A DNA stretch of 64,000 nucleotides from a virus (Duplodnaviria > Caudoviricetes): positions 1-64,000 of the IMG/VR virus record IMGVR_UViG_3300010429_000664; one strand, 5' to 3'. Shown here piece by piece: positions 27,276-37,889 of this stretch. The position numbers and the translations under genes were made by a program. Under the pieces are notes generated by a model. The model saw nothing but the letters and a program-made list of their open reading frames with translations. It made no database searches and was not told the origin of the DNA. The number at the start of each line of letters is the position of its first letter. Within the stretch, counting starts at the first letter, position 1.

Positions 27276-30200
27276 ATGTCTGACAAAATGGCCGTACAAG
27301 TTAAACTAGGTCTAGACTATTCAGAGTTTAAAGCCGGATTACAACGCGCTCATACTGAACTATCAAAAACCTTCAATTCTAAATCCGGTCTAACCACAAC
27401 TAAGATAGATTTTGGTCAGTTTACAGATGCCGGTAAAAAATATCAGCAGTTCGGAACGATTGTAACTGATACTAATAATAAAATCGTTAGCAGTCTTAAT
27501 ACAGTTAAGCCGGTAGTTGGTTCAATGGCCGGTGCTTTTGCTAAAATGGACGTAGGTGGTCTAGTTGCTCGCGCCTTGGTAACAATTCCTGTTTGGTCTG
27601 CCATGCGAGCTGGTATGCAAGCTCTAACAGCTACCTTCGAGCATTCTGTTCAATTTATTGTTGAATGGGAAACAACGATGGCTCGTTTACAAGTTGTTAG
27701 TGGTGGTACAGCCGAAGAAATGCGTTCCCTATCTTCTACTATTCTATCAGTCGGAGCTGCTTATGGAATGTCATCTAAAGATATTGGCGAAGCGGCAACC
27801 ATGTGGATTCAACAGGGAAAAAGCGTTGCTGAATTAGCTCCACTGCTATCTACCACTTCTCAGTTATCAATCATTACCGGTCGTTCTGTCGCAGACTCGG
27901 TTGAGGACATAACTTCATTAATGAAGAACTATGGCATTACAGCGATGGAAACAGGCCGCATAGTAGATACCTTAACGGCTATTGACATGAAACATGCCAT
28001 TACGACAACAGACTTGATAGCGGCTTATAAAGAGGCTGCTCCAGTTGCTAGTTTGATGGGAGTTTCATTTGAAAAACTTGGAGGTATTATTACAGCTACA
28101 GAGGTAGCGACAAGGGCCGGTGGTTCGCGCATTGGACATGAACTAACAACGGTATTTACCCGTTTAGGTTCCATTGCAATAGCAACGATGCAAGACCTAG
28201 CTAACGTTCCAATGTATCTTGACGCGGCTGGAAATACAACAACAGAAAATACCGGTCGGTTGCGTAGTGCTGGTGACGCACTAGACGAATTGGCACTAAA
28301 ATGGGATACCTTTGGTAATGCCCTTCAGAATAATATAGCTAAAGGTGTTGCCGGAGTACGTCAGGCCGGACTTTTCGTATCTTCAATGCAGAATTGGAAA
28401 GAAGGTCTAGATGCAACCCTAGAAGCTATAAAATCGTTTAATGCCGGTCAACGTGCTACCGATATTATGATGAATACGACAGCAAAAAGAGCGGAACAGG
28501 TAAAAACGTCTTGGGATTCCATGATAGGAGCTATAGTGGAGACGGAAATACCAAGAGAAGCTCTTAATTGGTTAGCGAGTACTCTCCAGAATATAGCAGA
28601 CTTGATTGATAGAATCAATAGGTCAAAAATTAAACCGTCGATGGGAGATTTGTTAGAAAATGCCAATCCGGTTACATTAGTTAAAAATGTAGCTACAAAA
28701 GGTCCAGCGGCATATGCTAGATTTACAGCCGCAGGAGAAGAAATTACATCCGAAAAGTCTACCGAGAAGGAAATTAAAAATACTTCTGAAATGACTACGC
28801 AATATAAGCAACTTAACGAAGCTATTAAACAAGAAATTAATTTAAGAGCAACTTTGGAGAATTATAAGAAGAGTAACTCAGATGGAAAACTGAACAAGTC
28901 TATTGAAGATACAGAAAAATTAATCGAAGAATATCAAAAAGTTATTAACGAAGGTTTCAGTTCGCAAGAGCTAAGACTAGCTGGTAGCGATACTCGTGTT
29001 GAAACGTTAAAAAATCTAAAGAAGCACACTGATGAAATCGTTCTTGCTAATATGGCATGGATTCAGCAGCAATCCGAAATACTTGAGTTAACTAAAAAAA
29101 TTCACAAAGCCTCTACGGAAGAAGAAAAAGCCACTCTAAACGAGCAGTTGGCTAAAACTTCGTCGCCCGAGCATTTTGCTAAAATAACGCGAGACATAGC
29201 CAGAGAAACAATTAAAGTAGATGAAGAAAAAAGATATGATACAACTAAATCAGAATACGAAGAGCGAGTTTCCGCAGCAGCAGAAAAGACGGTCAATTTC
29301 AGACTAACTGAAAAACAGGTTTTGCTTCAGAATCTAAGCATTTTAAAGGAAATGTCAGCGGTTCAGGGAAAAGCTGGTTTATCCGATGATTTTGTTAAAA
29401 AAGAAGAGGCTAAAATCCAAAAAGGTTTAACCAGAATAGCGCAACAAGAAGAGGACAATCAGTTAAAACGCGACTTAAATCTCTTAGAAGCTCAAGGTAA
29501 AGCGAATGGGCTTGACGAAGTTGCTATCGAGCAACAGAAAAACGACTTAATTAGACAACGCACGACAGATACTGAAAAATTAAAAGACTCCGAGAACTCT
29601 TTAGCGGTTGCTAAATTAGATGCTCTAACAAAAGAGCACGAGAAAATTAAACAGAACATTGAGAAAAATAAAGAAAAAGTTACCTCTGAAACAGAAAAAC
29701 TGAATAAAACCGCCGAAAAGTACCAAGACGTTCTTCGAAAAATATCCAAATCAAATGCCGAGCATGTAGAAAAAAGAGCCGATATTAAATCCGCCTCAGA
29801 AAAATCAATAGCTCAAATAGAAGAAGACTATAGCAATAGGAATAGAAAATACAGCCCGTCTCAGTTAAGAGACAGGGCTATTCAGAGCGTTAGAGATAGA
29901 GAAAGAGAACAATTAAAGTCGGAAGATAAGCGTTATAATAAAGAACAGGCCGATTTACAAAGACAGTTTGTATTGGCAGATAGAGATTTTGATGTTCAAA
30001 AAGCTCAATTAGATAATTTGAAGTTAATAGCCAGTAAACTAGGTGCTAATCCTATTTCTGCTCCTAACACTGAAGCTCCTACATCAAATAATCCTAATTC
30101 GCGTTCTGAAAGTTCAACCAAAAATACGAACGTCAATACTGCTTTAAATACTTCTGTAACGGTTAATATTACAAAAGAGTCGGCCCCTTCCGACGTAGCC

Positions 30201-30287
30201 GAAACAGTGTCTAAAGCAGTAAAAGATAGTTTGATGGCAGATGAGAAGTTTAGAAGTGCATTTATATCTGGAGCCGAAATTAAATAA
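27276..30287 (+). CDS. Tail tape measure protein (TP901-type core)
   Basis: 1003 aa; E..MARLQVVSG, helical core, G..AG..L.TVF.RL, long coiled C-terminus. Confidence 0.9.
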   Translation: MSDKMAVQVKLGLDYSEFKAGLQRAHTELSKTFNSKSGLTTTKIDFGQFTDAGKKYQQFGTIVTDTNNKIVSSLNTVKPVVGSMAGAFAKMDVGGLVARALVTIPVWSAMRAGMQALTATFEHSVQFIVEWETTMARLQVVSGGTAEEMRSLSSTILSVGAAYGMSSKDIGEAATMWIQQGKSVAELAPLLSTTSQLSIITGRSVADSVEDITSLMKNYGITAMETGRIVDTLTAIDMKHAITTTDLIAAYKEAAPVASLMGVSFEKLGGIITATEVATRAGGSRIGHELTTVFTRLGSIAIATMQDLANVPMYLDAAGNTTTENTGRLRSAGDALDELALKWDTFGNALQNNIAKGVAGVRQAGLFVSSMQNWKEGLDATLEAIKSFNAGQRATDIMMNTTAKRAEQVKTSWDSMIGAIVETEIPREALNWLASTLQNIADLIDRINRSKIKPSMGDLLENANPVTLVKNVATKGPAAYARFTAAGEEITSEKSTEKEIKNTSEMTTQYKQLNEAIKQEINLRATLENYKKSNSDGKLNKSIEDTEKLIEEYQKVINEGFSSQELRLAGSDTRVETLKNLKKHTDEIVLANMAWIQQQSEILELTKKIHKASTEEEKATLNEQLAKTSSPEHFAKITRDIARETIKVDEEKRYDTTKSEYEERVSAAAEKTVNFRLTEKQVLLQNLSILKEMSAVQGKAGLSDDFVKKEEAKIQKGLTRIAQQEEDNQLKRDLNLLEAQGKANGLDEVAIEQQKNDLIRQRTTDTEKLKDSENSLAVAKLDALTKEHEKIKQNIEKNKEKVTSETEKLNKTAEKYQDVLRKISKSNAEHVEKRADIKSASEKSIAQIEEDYSNRNRKYSPSQLRDRAIQSVRDREREQLKSEDKRYNKEQADLQRQFVLADRDFDVQKAQLDNLKLIASKLGANPISAPNTEAPTSNNPNSRSESSTKNTNVNTALNTSVTVNITKESAPSDVAETVSKAVKDSLMADEKFRSAFISGAEIK

Positions 30288-30298
30288 AGGAATACTCT

Positions 30299-30724
30299 AT
30301 GTCGGACTATACAGTAGTTTATACATTTAATTCAGGAAGCGGAGAATATACGTTTCCATTAGCTCAAAAAATTTCAGACCCAGAGCCAACTGCGAAAGCT
30401 ACTATTATCGAAGGAATTCGTGGAGACGGTTCGGTTTATATTCCAGGCGGCAAAAAAAGCCATACTATCACTTTAACTGGTCTACTATTTGATAATGACG
30501 GATTTAAGGATATTACTACTCTTATGGATAATATGAGAACCGCCGTTAATACAAACAGCGCTACTCTAACATGCAAATACTGGGACCCGGAGGCTTCCGG
30601 CGGAGGTGCTTGGGTAACTGTATGGGCGTATACCGTTCGACGTACTTCCGAAATTGACTTTGGAGATAGTCAGAGAACGGCTATACAACCTTACACAGTA
30701 TCGTTTTTAGTATTAAGTTATTGA
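30299..30724 (+). CDS. Putative distal tail protein
   Basis: After the tape measure; I.G..G.V..PGG..S..I.LTG motif. Confidence 0.5.
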   Translation: MSDYTVVYTFNSGSGEYTFPLAQKISDPEPTAKATIIEGIRGDGSVYIPGGKKSHTITLTGLLFDNDGFKDITTLMDNMRTAVNTNSATLTCKYWDPEASGGGAWVTVWAYTVRRTSEIDFGDSQRTAIQPYTVSFLVLSY

Positions 30725-30749
30725 CACCAATCGTAAATTTTGTTATAAT
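30721..30749 (+). promoter_or_regulatory. Sigma70-type promoter
   Basis: TTGACAC, 17-nt spacer, TGnTATAAT. Confidence 0.8.
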
Positions 30750-30789
30750 AGATATGTACATTTATATTTTCTAGGAAAGGAGAAATTAT

Positions 30790-31458
30790 ATGGCAACTAA
30801 TTTAACAGTAAGAGTTAACTATGTAGATGCAGCCGTTAACTATCAAACTACTCCGGCAGATTATATCGCAATGGATTTAATCAACGACTATCTGATATGG
30901 ACGACAGGAGATGCTACAGTAAAGGATTTGATGCTGGCAGCTCCAACTAGCGGGCAGTTAACATCTGCGGCTACGGTCATTGACCCCGATGTTGCTAAGA
31001 CGGTTCCCCTCTGTTTACTCTACGACCATTCTCACGATGTTGGCGGAGCTTACTACACTCATAAGGTTATCGGTATGAGCGAAAATAAGAGATACGTATT
31101 TGCTGCTTCGTTTGATGGAGCTACAGCTTCTGAGCCTCAACTAGAAGCGTGGGATACGTCTGCTCACACAACAACGGCTAATAAATGTCTAGGAGATGGA
31201 ACTCCAGCGAACTCGATGGTTAAGGCGGTATGTACTACATCGTCTCTACCGGGAGCATCTTGGACAGGAACAGCTATTGCAGGTAGTGGAGCAGGTAGAT
31301 TCATTCAGTTAAATGATGGCAACGGGGCATTAGCAGCTCTAGCGTCTGGTATTACTAGTCAAGAGTTGTATTTTAACGCCAAGATTGTTATTCCAGCGGC
31401 GTATGCTTCTGCCGTGGCTGAAACGTTCGTTCTTTCGATACGTTATACGTATTCGTAA
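30790..31458 (+). CDS. Putative tail/virion protein
   Basis: Ala/Thr-rich beta protein with strong SD in the tail module. Confidence 0.5.
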   Translation: MATNLTVRVNYVDAAVNYQTTPADYIAMDLINDYLIWTTGDATVKDLMLAAPTSGQLTSAATVIDPDVAKTVPLCLLYDHSHDVGGAYYTHKVIGMSENKRYVFAASFDGATASEPQLEAWDTSAHTTTANKCLGDGTPANSMVKAVCTTSSLPGASWTGTAIAGSGAGRFIQLNDGNGALAALASGITSQELYFNAKIVIPAAYASAVAETFVLSIRYTYS

Positions 31459-31521
31459 GTGTTGTTAGGAATTCGATAAAAAAATATACGAGTTTCTAAC
31501 GCCAAAATGTAAGGAGTTAAA

Positions 31522-31911
31522 ATGAGTCCTTTATTTATTGTTGGATTCAAGGACGGGTCGATTTTTGAAGGTGGCGTAGATTATACCGAAACAAAGTGGT
31601 TGCAGATTCCACACAAAGAAATTGCTGCGATTTCATATAGACTTCCAGATGGCAACTATTTAGTTGTTAGCGGTGCCGAAGAATACTTTCATATGGTAGA
31701 AGTTGTTCAGGATATTTACGGAGGCCAGCCGGGAGTTCCGAAACTTGAATATGCTTATCTAATGACGAAGAAAAACGGTATAGTAACAAGTTATCGTATG
31801 ACTTTAATGAATATGGATACATTTCGTATGGGGGATATTACCCGTCGAGAATTTTCAGTAGATGACCCTAAGATAAAAGGACTTAACCCTAATTCTTGGG
31901 TAGGAAAATAA
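31522..31911 (+). CDS. Hypothetical protein (129 aa)
   Basis: SD AAGGAG; ORF. Confidence 0.65.
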   Translation: MSPLFIVGFKDGSIFEGGVDYTETKWLQIPHKEIAAISYRLPDGNYLVVSGAEEYFHMVEVVQDIYGGQPGVPKLEYAYLMTKKNGIVTSYRMTLMNMDTFRMGDITRREFSVDDPKIKGLNPNSWVGK

Positions 31912-31912
31912 T

Positions 31913-34147
31913 ATGTCTTTTAATTACTATACAGCACAGTCAGCCACTAATCATGCCAACGTACCTTGTTCGGTATGCGAGGATTCTAGTGGAAATCTGC
32001 ATGCTTTATGGTTTAATAGTCCTTCGAATTGCATTGCTTATTACGCGAAATCAACAGATGGAGGACAAACTTGGACAGACGGAGAAGGGGGCGGTTCTGG
32101 TACAGATTATGCGGTTAAGACAATATCATCTAATAATTTATACTATCCCAAAATCGTTGTTGATTCTCTAGGTTATATTCACTGTTGGTATTATGACGGT
32201 AATACAGGTAAAACCTGTTATAGAAGAAGAACGTCTTCTTGGCAGAGTGAAAATGCCACGTTTTCTTCTTTTACTTTTGACTTAACTCCACTGTTAGTTG
32301 GAGGAGCATGTGTCGATGGCAGTGACAGAATCAGCGTTTTTTATCTTCAGTCGGGAAATACAAAACAACTCTGTTCAAGAGATAACGGCGCTACGTGGGA
32401 TGCGGCCATTACGGTTGGAGGCAGTACGAGTCAGATTAGAGCGGTCACTGCCAGAGGAAGTTATACCTACGTTTTAATAAGCAATACTTCTTCCGACCCC
32501 TTGGTTTATCGTGGTAGTTATAGTGGTTCTTGGTCTTGGTCGAGTTTAGGAGCCGCTGAAGCAACAACCTTTAATGGAAGAGGACTATGTTTAATCGACT
32601 CTAGCGATAATATCTATATATTTTACGAACCTACTTCTGGAGGCACTCTACGATATTGTAAATACAGTGGAAGTTGGGGTTCTCCTAAAGAAGTTCTTGC
32701 TTCTATTGCTAATACTACTTATCTAGGCGGTACAATAAACAGCGATAATAGAATATTTCTTTCTTATACCGATGGTTCCGCTACCCACAATCTCTATCTC
32801 AATGAGTTTGATACAACTACAGAGGCGTTTCTTGGCACCACTGAAATTGGCAATACTGCTAAAGACAATATCGGTCCTGACATGCCTCAGTATGTTAACA
32901 ATAATACTGCAATCTATGTTTTCTATCATCAAAATACTGAACAATACATGGAGTGTACCGTTGAAACGTTGGCAACCACGGTCATTTCAGATATAAATAA
33001 TGATTTTCGAGCATCCGTTCTTTGGTATCTTTATTATATTAATAATGATGTTCGCATCGCTTCCGGAACGGTTTATTCCAACATTAACAATGATATTAGG
33101 TTTGGAGGGGTTAATTTTTCGGATGTAGCAAATGATATTCGTTTTGTAACTATAAACTATATAGTTGCCAACGTCAATAACGATATTCGTATTCGTCCTT
33201 ATTATTATGGTAATATAGCCAACAAGTTTGAAACTCTTGCTGCTTTATATCAAAATGTATCCAACAATCTGAAAATAAGAGCGCAAGGACTATCAAATGT
33301 CAATAACGATTTACGCCTATTGTTTTCGTGGCAGAAAGCACCTGGTGGAACGTTAGAGTCTCTCGGAAAGGGTTATGTAACCGTTTCTATTGACAGTGTA
33401 GACCAACCGCTCGTGAATGTAGATAGCATTAAGATAAATGAACAGTGCAGCGAATCAGTTAAAGCATCTTTCTTAATAGCGGTTCCGTATGACACAACTC
33501 CTCCGGTTATCGGTAAAGAAGTTATAATAAAATATTCTACGTATACTATTTTCAAAGGATACGTCAGCGGTACTTCTTATGATAGTAAAAATGAAGGAAT
33601 AATGGTCGAATGCCAAGACCTTTTCTGGTTGAACAATCAAAGCACCGTTGGTGCGTTTGGTGTAGGACATGAACCGGTAGATAATAAAGTATATGTCGGA
33701 CCAAATCAAACTCCGCCTAATGGTACTTACATTAGTTCTACAGTTAATTCGGAAGGTATTCCGTTTGACATATATCAGATAATGAAATACTACCCTACTA
33801 TTGCCGAAGCTATGGCGCTGGTTGGAGGTCCTTTGGTCGGTAACTTTGTTCCCGATAATATTAGTATAGGAGAAGTCGGTAAATCGGATGCCATTGTTAC
33901 ATTACTCCAAGAAGCCGGTAATTACGGAGTTTTCTATAAAAACGGTCTTCAATACCTACATATAAATGGAACTGGAAACAATCTGGACATTCCGATTCAG
34001 ACATTAGGCAATAATTTTAATCTTCATCAAGTGATTAGTTACTCAATCGGAACTTCAAAAGATAAGATAGTTAATACCGCAAAGGTATATTTAGGCAGTA
34101 CACCATCTGATATTCCTGCAATTAACAATCACATTAAATTACAGTAG
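31913..34147 (+). CDS. Tail-tip protein: Asp-box beta-propeller, NND repeat linker and hub-like C-terminus
   Basis: STDGGQTW and SRDNGATW Asp-boxes; about 8 (I/V)NND(I/L/V/F)R-type repeats; IFKGYV...ECQD hub-like segment. Confidence 0.6.
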   Translation: MSFNYYTAQSATNHANVPCSVCEDSSGNLHALWFNSPSNCIAYYAKSTDGGQTWTDGEGGGSGTDYAVKTISSNNLYYPKIVVDSLGYIHCWYYDGNTGKTCYRRRTSSWQSENATFSSFTFDLTPLLVGGACVDGSDRISVFYLQSGNTKQLCSRDNGATWDAAITVGGSTSQIRAVTARGSYTYVLISNTSSDPLVYRGSYSGSWSWSSLGAAEATTFNGRGLCLIDSSDNIYIFYEPTSGGTLRYCKYSGSWGSPKEVLASIANTTYLGGTINSDNRIFLSYTDGSATHNLYLNEFDTTTEAFLGTTEIGNTAKDNIGPDMPQYVNNNTAIYVFYHQNTEQYMECTVETLATTVISDINNDFRASVLWYLYYINNDVRIASGTVYSNINNDIRFGGVNFSDVANDIRFVTINYIVANVNNDIRIRPYYYGNIANKFETLAALYQNVSNNLKIRAQGLSNVNNDLRLLFSWQKAPGGTLESLGKGYVTVSIDSVDQPLVNVDSIKINEQCSESVKASFLIAVPYDTTPPVIGKEVIIKYSTYTIFKGYVSGTSYDSKNEGIMVECQDLFWLNNQSTVGAFGVGHEPVDNKVYVGPNQTPPNGTYISSTVNSEGIPFDIYQIMKYYPTIAEAMALVGGPLVGNFVPDNISIGEVGKSDAIVTLLQEAGNYGVFYKNGLQYLHINGTGNNLDIPIQTLGNNFNLHQVISYSIGTSKDKIVNTAKVYLGSTPSDIPAINNHIKLQ

Positions 34148-34153
34148 GTCAAT

Positions 34154-34675
34154 ATGCAACCAGTTTATTTTATTACCGTAGGCCCGATAGGTATTGAGTC
34201 TGGGTTAACAGAAACCATATCAATGCCTAATACCCAAACTGAAGTAGAGTATTTATGGAAAACTCGAAATGGGTCTATATATCTTTATGCAGTAGGGAGT
34301 AGTGGTGGCAGCGGAGCATCGATTGTTACGACCGAAGTACGTAAAAAAATAGTGGTGATAGATGACAGTGATTTCGCTCGTGACTTAGTAACAATGAGAC
34401 TTAGTAGAACCTGTGACTTAATTTATAAAGGAAGTGTTATCATCACTATAGATGCAGCGTGTTTCTATAACGTGGACCTAAATAAGAAAATATTCGGTCT
34501 TAATATCGTAGGTATCGAGTATGACTTTGCTTCATGGACTTGTACCCTAACGGTTCAAACAGAACGCGCTTACGCTCGCTCGGTATCTATAAAAGAACGT
34601 CCACCTACACAACAAATATTTGCCGATGGTATATCATATAACGGTATACTTGGAGCACCTATAGAATGGGCATAA
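34154..34675 (+). CDS. Putative tail-tip protein
   Basis: Synteny. Confidence 0.45.
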   Translation: MQPVYFITVGPIGIESGLTETISMPNTQTEVEYLWKTRNGSIYLYAVGSSGGSGASIVTTEVRKKIVVIDDSDFARDLVTMRLSRTCDLIYKGSVIITIDAACFYNVDLNKKIFGLNIVGIEYDFASWTCTLTVQTERAYARSVSIKERPPTQQIFADGISYNGILGAPIEWA

Positions 34676-34676
34676 T

Positions 34677-34769
34677 ATGACACTCACTCAGATGTTGCGA
34701 AGTATTTTAGCTCGTATTAAGAAACTAGAAGACAAAAAAGACTCTAATTACGCCGTCTATTCGGAGTAA
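34677..34769 (+). CDS. 30-aa peptide (MTLTQMLRSILARIKKLEDKKDSNYAVYSE)
   Basis: Fills the gap exactly, with TAATATG coupling on both sides. Confidence 0.55.
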   Translation: MTLTQMLRSILARIKKLEDKKDSNYAVYSE

Positions 34770-34770
34770 T

Positions 34771-36009
34771 ATGCCAAAGTGTCCTAATTGTACCTCTGAA
34801 CTTGGTCTTTTTACTGACGACCCGATTATTCCAGGCATTACTAGAATACGCGCCGTACATATTCTTGAATTACAGGCTCGCTGTCACCAAGCCGAAATTG
34901 ACGGCGGTATTACTCCGCTATCAGTTTTTTCTGAAATATCCGCAAACGTTTCTAAAGTACGCAATAATCACATTCAAGAGATTAGAAGTTCCATCGAAAA
35001 AATAATGGACAACGACCTAACTACCTATTTTAATTATGACTACGATGGAAATTTTTTAGGAACAGATAGAACTGATTGGATTGACAAAGATTTGGTGGCA
35101 TATGTAAACAAAATACGATATTTGCACATAGAAGACCTGCGACACCCGCTCTTAACAACTTGGAAAGAAACTTGGAATTTTAGTAGTAGTCTTTCGAATG
35201 GTCTTTCAATGTCATCTGCTTTAAATAACAATATTCAGCAGAGCGATATATTTAAAACTTCTTTAGATAGCGCAAGTAGTTATCAAACATCGACGAACTA
35301 TCTTTCCCCAGATAAGAATCGAATTTCTTTAGGAACTTTAGCTAACGTTAGCTGCTCTTACGCTTCTGGTTGGTATTATATCGATGGAACTACTCTCATA
35401 CAAGGGTCATATGGAACCACGTATCGTCCAAACGGAATAGCGACTGGAGTTCATACAATAAATGACGGAACTTTAAGTTGGAATATACTCAGTTCTGGTG
35501 TTAATGTAGTAACGGGTCCAACTCGTATTTTGGGTGCTGGTACTCCAGAAAGCCCTTATGTGCCTCATTTTTATGGTTATTCAACTGCTAACGTGTCTAT
35601 CTTTCAGAACGTAACCATTACACTGCCTTATGATAAAGATAATAATCCTAAGTGGTATATATTAACCACTGGTAGCAAGTTAATTTATACCGGAGCGGCT
35701 ATTACTTTATATATTATAGAAAAATTAGAAGCCGGACTAGGCGAAGATTATAGTCAGACGTTTAGTACAGGCGGAACATATGCTTTAGCAGATAGACTAG
35801 ATTTTAGTAACGGTAGAAGATATTATTTCTACGGTGTTTCTTTGCCTATTGGAACCTCTGCTTCTTATTCAACATATTATCCAAATGGAATTGATAATCC
35901 TCCAGTAACTGTTCCTGAAGTTGTAACTGTAAATTCTGGCGTAATCTCGGCTACTTACGGCACTATACGAGTGTCCGCGTTAATTCCAAGTGTTAATCCG
36001 AGTATTTAA
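34771..36009 (+). CDS. Putative tail fibre/tip protein
   Basis: Three (I/V)R..HI.(E/D)(L/I) repeats in the N-terminus, Ser/Thr/Tyr-rich C-terminus. Confidence 0.55.
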   Translation: MPKCPNCTSELGLFTDDPIIPGITRIRAVHILELQARCHQAEIDGGITPLSVFSEISANVSKVRNNHIQEIRSSIEKIMDNDLTTYFNYDYDGNFLGTDRTDWIDKDLVAYVNKIRYLHIEDLRHPLLTTWKETWNFSSSLSNGLSMSSALNNNIQQSDIFKTSLDSASSYQTSTNYLSPDKNRISLGTLANVSCSYASGWYYIDGTTLIQGSYGTTYRPNGIATGVHTINDGTLSWNILSSGVNVVTGPTRILGAGTPESPYVPHFYGYSTANVSIFQNVTITLPYDKDNNPKWYILTTGSKLIYTGAAITLYIIEKLEAGLGEDYSQTFSTGGTYALADRLDFSNGRRYYFYGVSLPIGTSASYSTYYPNGIDNPPVTVPEVVTVNSGVISATYGTIRVSALIPSVNPSI

Positions 36010-36010
36010 T

Positions 36011-36346
36011 ATGATTAAACATGCTGTAGACGATTTTCGTAAATCGAACGGTTCGTTTCAAGTTATCTGGGAAAACTGGATAACTGAACGATGTGCCGGT
36101 CATTCAAAGGCTATGGCATTTAATCACGGTATATATCATGCCGACTCGATGTGGCTGAATGGACTAAATGAAGCGGTCTGCTGTTCTCATATTTGGCTAG
36201 GCAAAGAGGATATGATTCGATATATGGTATTTGAGCTATTAGGAAAGAGTAACGGACATCGTACTATACTGTTGAACTCATGTAGAATGGGCGGACAAGA
36301 CTATATCGCCGACGGAATGATTTATCTGACGATTAGAGGGATTTAA
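36011..36346 (+). CDS. CAP/SCP-domain-like small protein
   Basis: CAGHSKAMA...H and S.GHR.ILL motifs typical of bacterial CAP domains. Confidence 0.55.
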   Translation: MIKHAVDDFRKSNGSFQVIWENWITERCAGHSKAMAFNHGIYHADSMWLNGLNEAVCCSHIWLGKEDMIRYMVFELLGKSNGHRTILLNSCRMGGQDYIADGMIYLTIRGI

Positions 36347-37058
36347 GTTTGTCTAGTATTGCTTTACGCTCTTCTTGCTGGTCTATTTTATAATCCAACC
36401 GTTTAAAAAACTCGTCATAACTTATTTTCGGTATAATATCTTCTGGTATTTTTGATATGGGGCTTACGTTATATATTTTGACGTTTTTAACCGTTAAATA
36501 AGGTTCGTAATCTTTTCTGACCCTACCGCTGTCGTTGTAATAAGAAACCTTCCCTATTCCCCGATGCAGTATTTCTCCCTGATAAAAATGAGTTATTGGA
36601 TTTCCTTTTTCGTCTTTTTCGGCTCCTTTAGTAAACGAAGCATTACCAGCGTCCGCTTTTCGTACTTCACCGTAGTCCATTCCGAGTAAAAATATATCGC
36701 CCTCTCCTAGTAAATAGATACCCATTGTTAGTGCAAATAATCCGCATAGAGAGGACTTATATACCCCCGTCTTTAATGTGGGGTCAAACTGAGCCGTTTG
36801 TTTAAACATATGTAGATTGTTAGGCTTGTCTTTTAGTATATCTCTATGAAAGTTGCCGATTATTAAAGGTAGATGGCTCATTCTCATACGTTCGTCTATC
36901 CAGAACTTATAATCCACAAAGAACTGTACGGTAGGTACGAAATATTTGTAACTATAATTGCAGCCAAATGTATATTTGTCTTTAAGAAAATCCCATAATC
37001 CAAGCGCCAGACCCTCTTTTATGCTGGAACCTCCTCCGATGATGGTTAACTGCCTCAT
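36333..37058 (-). CDS. Maf/DUF115 (MptE-like) family protein, putative nonulosonate-type or related transferase
   Basis: IIGGGSS, FGCN, D..FW, G..AL....LG...IFLLGMD. Confidence 0.65.
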   Translation of the reverse strand: MRQLTIIGGGSSIKEGLALGLWDFLKDKYTFGCNYSYKYFVPTVQFFVDYKFWIDERMRMSHLPLIIGNFHRDILKDKPNNLHMFKQTAQFDPTLKTGVYKSSLCGLFALTMGIYLLGEGDIFLLGMDYGEVRKADAGNASFTKGAEKDEKGNPITHFYQGEILHRGIGKVSYYNDSGRVRKDYEPYLTVKNVKIYNVSPISKIPEDIIPKISYDEFFKRLDYKIDQQEERKAILDKLKSL

Positions 37059-37097
37059 ATTACCCCTAATTTCTTACGTAGATAGGCCGTCCTGGCG

Positions 37098-37889
37098 TTA
37101 TTTACTAGGATATGGGTTGATACCCTTCCAAGTCTTCGGATATGGCGTTTTAGGGTATATTACCCATCCAGAAATACCCATTTTCTCGCGTACGATTGAT
37201 AGATATTTGCCCAAACGCGCCCTATAAACACGATAGTCTTCTGGCTGACAGGCAACGTGAAATGTCTGTATTTTATTTGTCCACAAACACTTATAACCAC
37301 TTGTCTTCAAATTCCAGAAGAAAACTTCGTGTTCGGCAATTTTTAGGTCATTATCCCAAGGACGCTGGATTAGTACATCTGTTTTACCCAAAAACGTATT
37401 ATTACATAAATCTACGACTAAATACTCAACTCCTTCGTATGTAAATACTTCTGTAGAATATTCAAGCACAAAACCTTGCTTGGTTAGCTGCATTTTATAT
37501 TCCCAGGGGCATTTACGACCTGATTCGTCAAAAGATACCAAAGCTAGAGTTGGTTGGCTTTCCAGTAGCCTATACAAACCAGACAGGTCTTCTTTACGTT
37601 TAAATCTAATCGAATCGGCCATCATCAGGCAATATGGTATCTGCTTTTCCGATGCTTTGGATACTAAGAAATTACGAGCATAAGATAGGCCGCAGTCGAA
37701 TGGTAATTCGTAGTAATAAAGGTCCTTTATGACTTTTTCGTAATTTTTCTTCTTTTGTTCTGCAAATTTACCTTGGTCGCCAACTAAAATAATCGAATTA
37801 TCAGGCCGATACTTATCCAGATTCTGTAGAGTTTCGAACAAAAGTTCGTCGCGAAGAAACGTGGTTATAATCAAGGCTACTTGGCACAT
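37098..37889 (-). CDS. GT-A glycosyltransferase paralogue C
   Basis: [29 protein letters not shown]; DxD degenerate (MADS). Confidence 0.8.
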   Translation of the reverse strand: MCQVALIITTFLRDELLFETLQNLDKYRPDNSIILVGDQGKFAEQKKKNYEKVIKDLYYYELPFDCGLSYARNFLVSKASEKQIPYCLMMADSIRFKRKEDLSGLYRLLESQPTLALVSFDESGRKCPWEYKMQLTKQGFVLEYSTEVFTYEGVEYLVVDLCNNTFLGKTDVLIQRPWDNDLKIAEHEVFFWNLKTSGYKCLWTNKIQTFHVACQPEDYRVYRARLGKYLSIVREKMGISGWVIYPKTPYPKTWKGINPYPSK

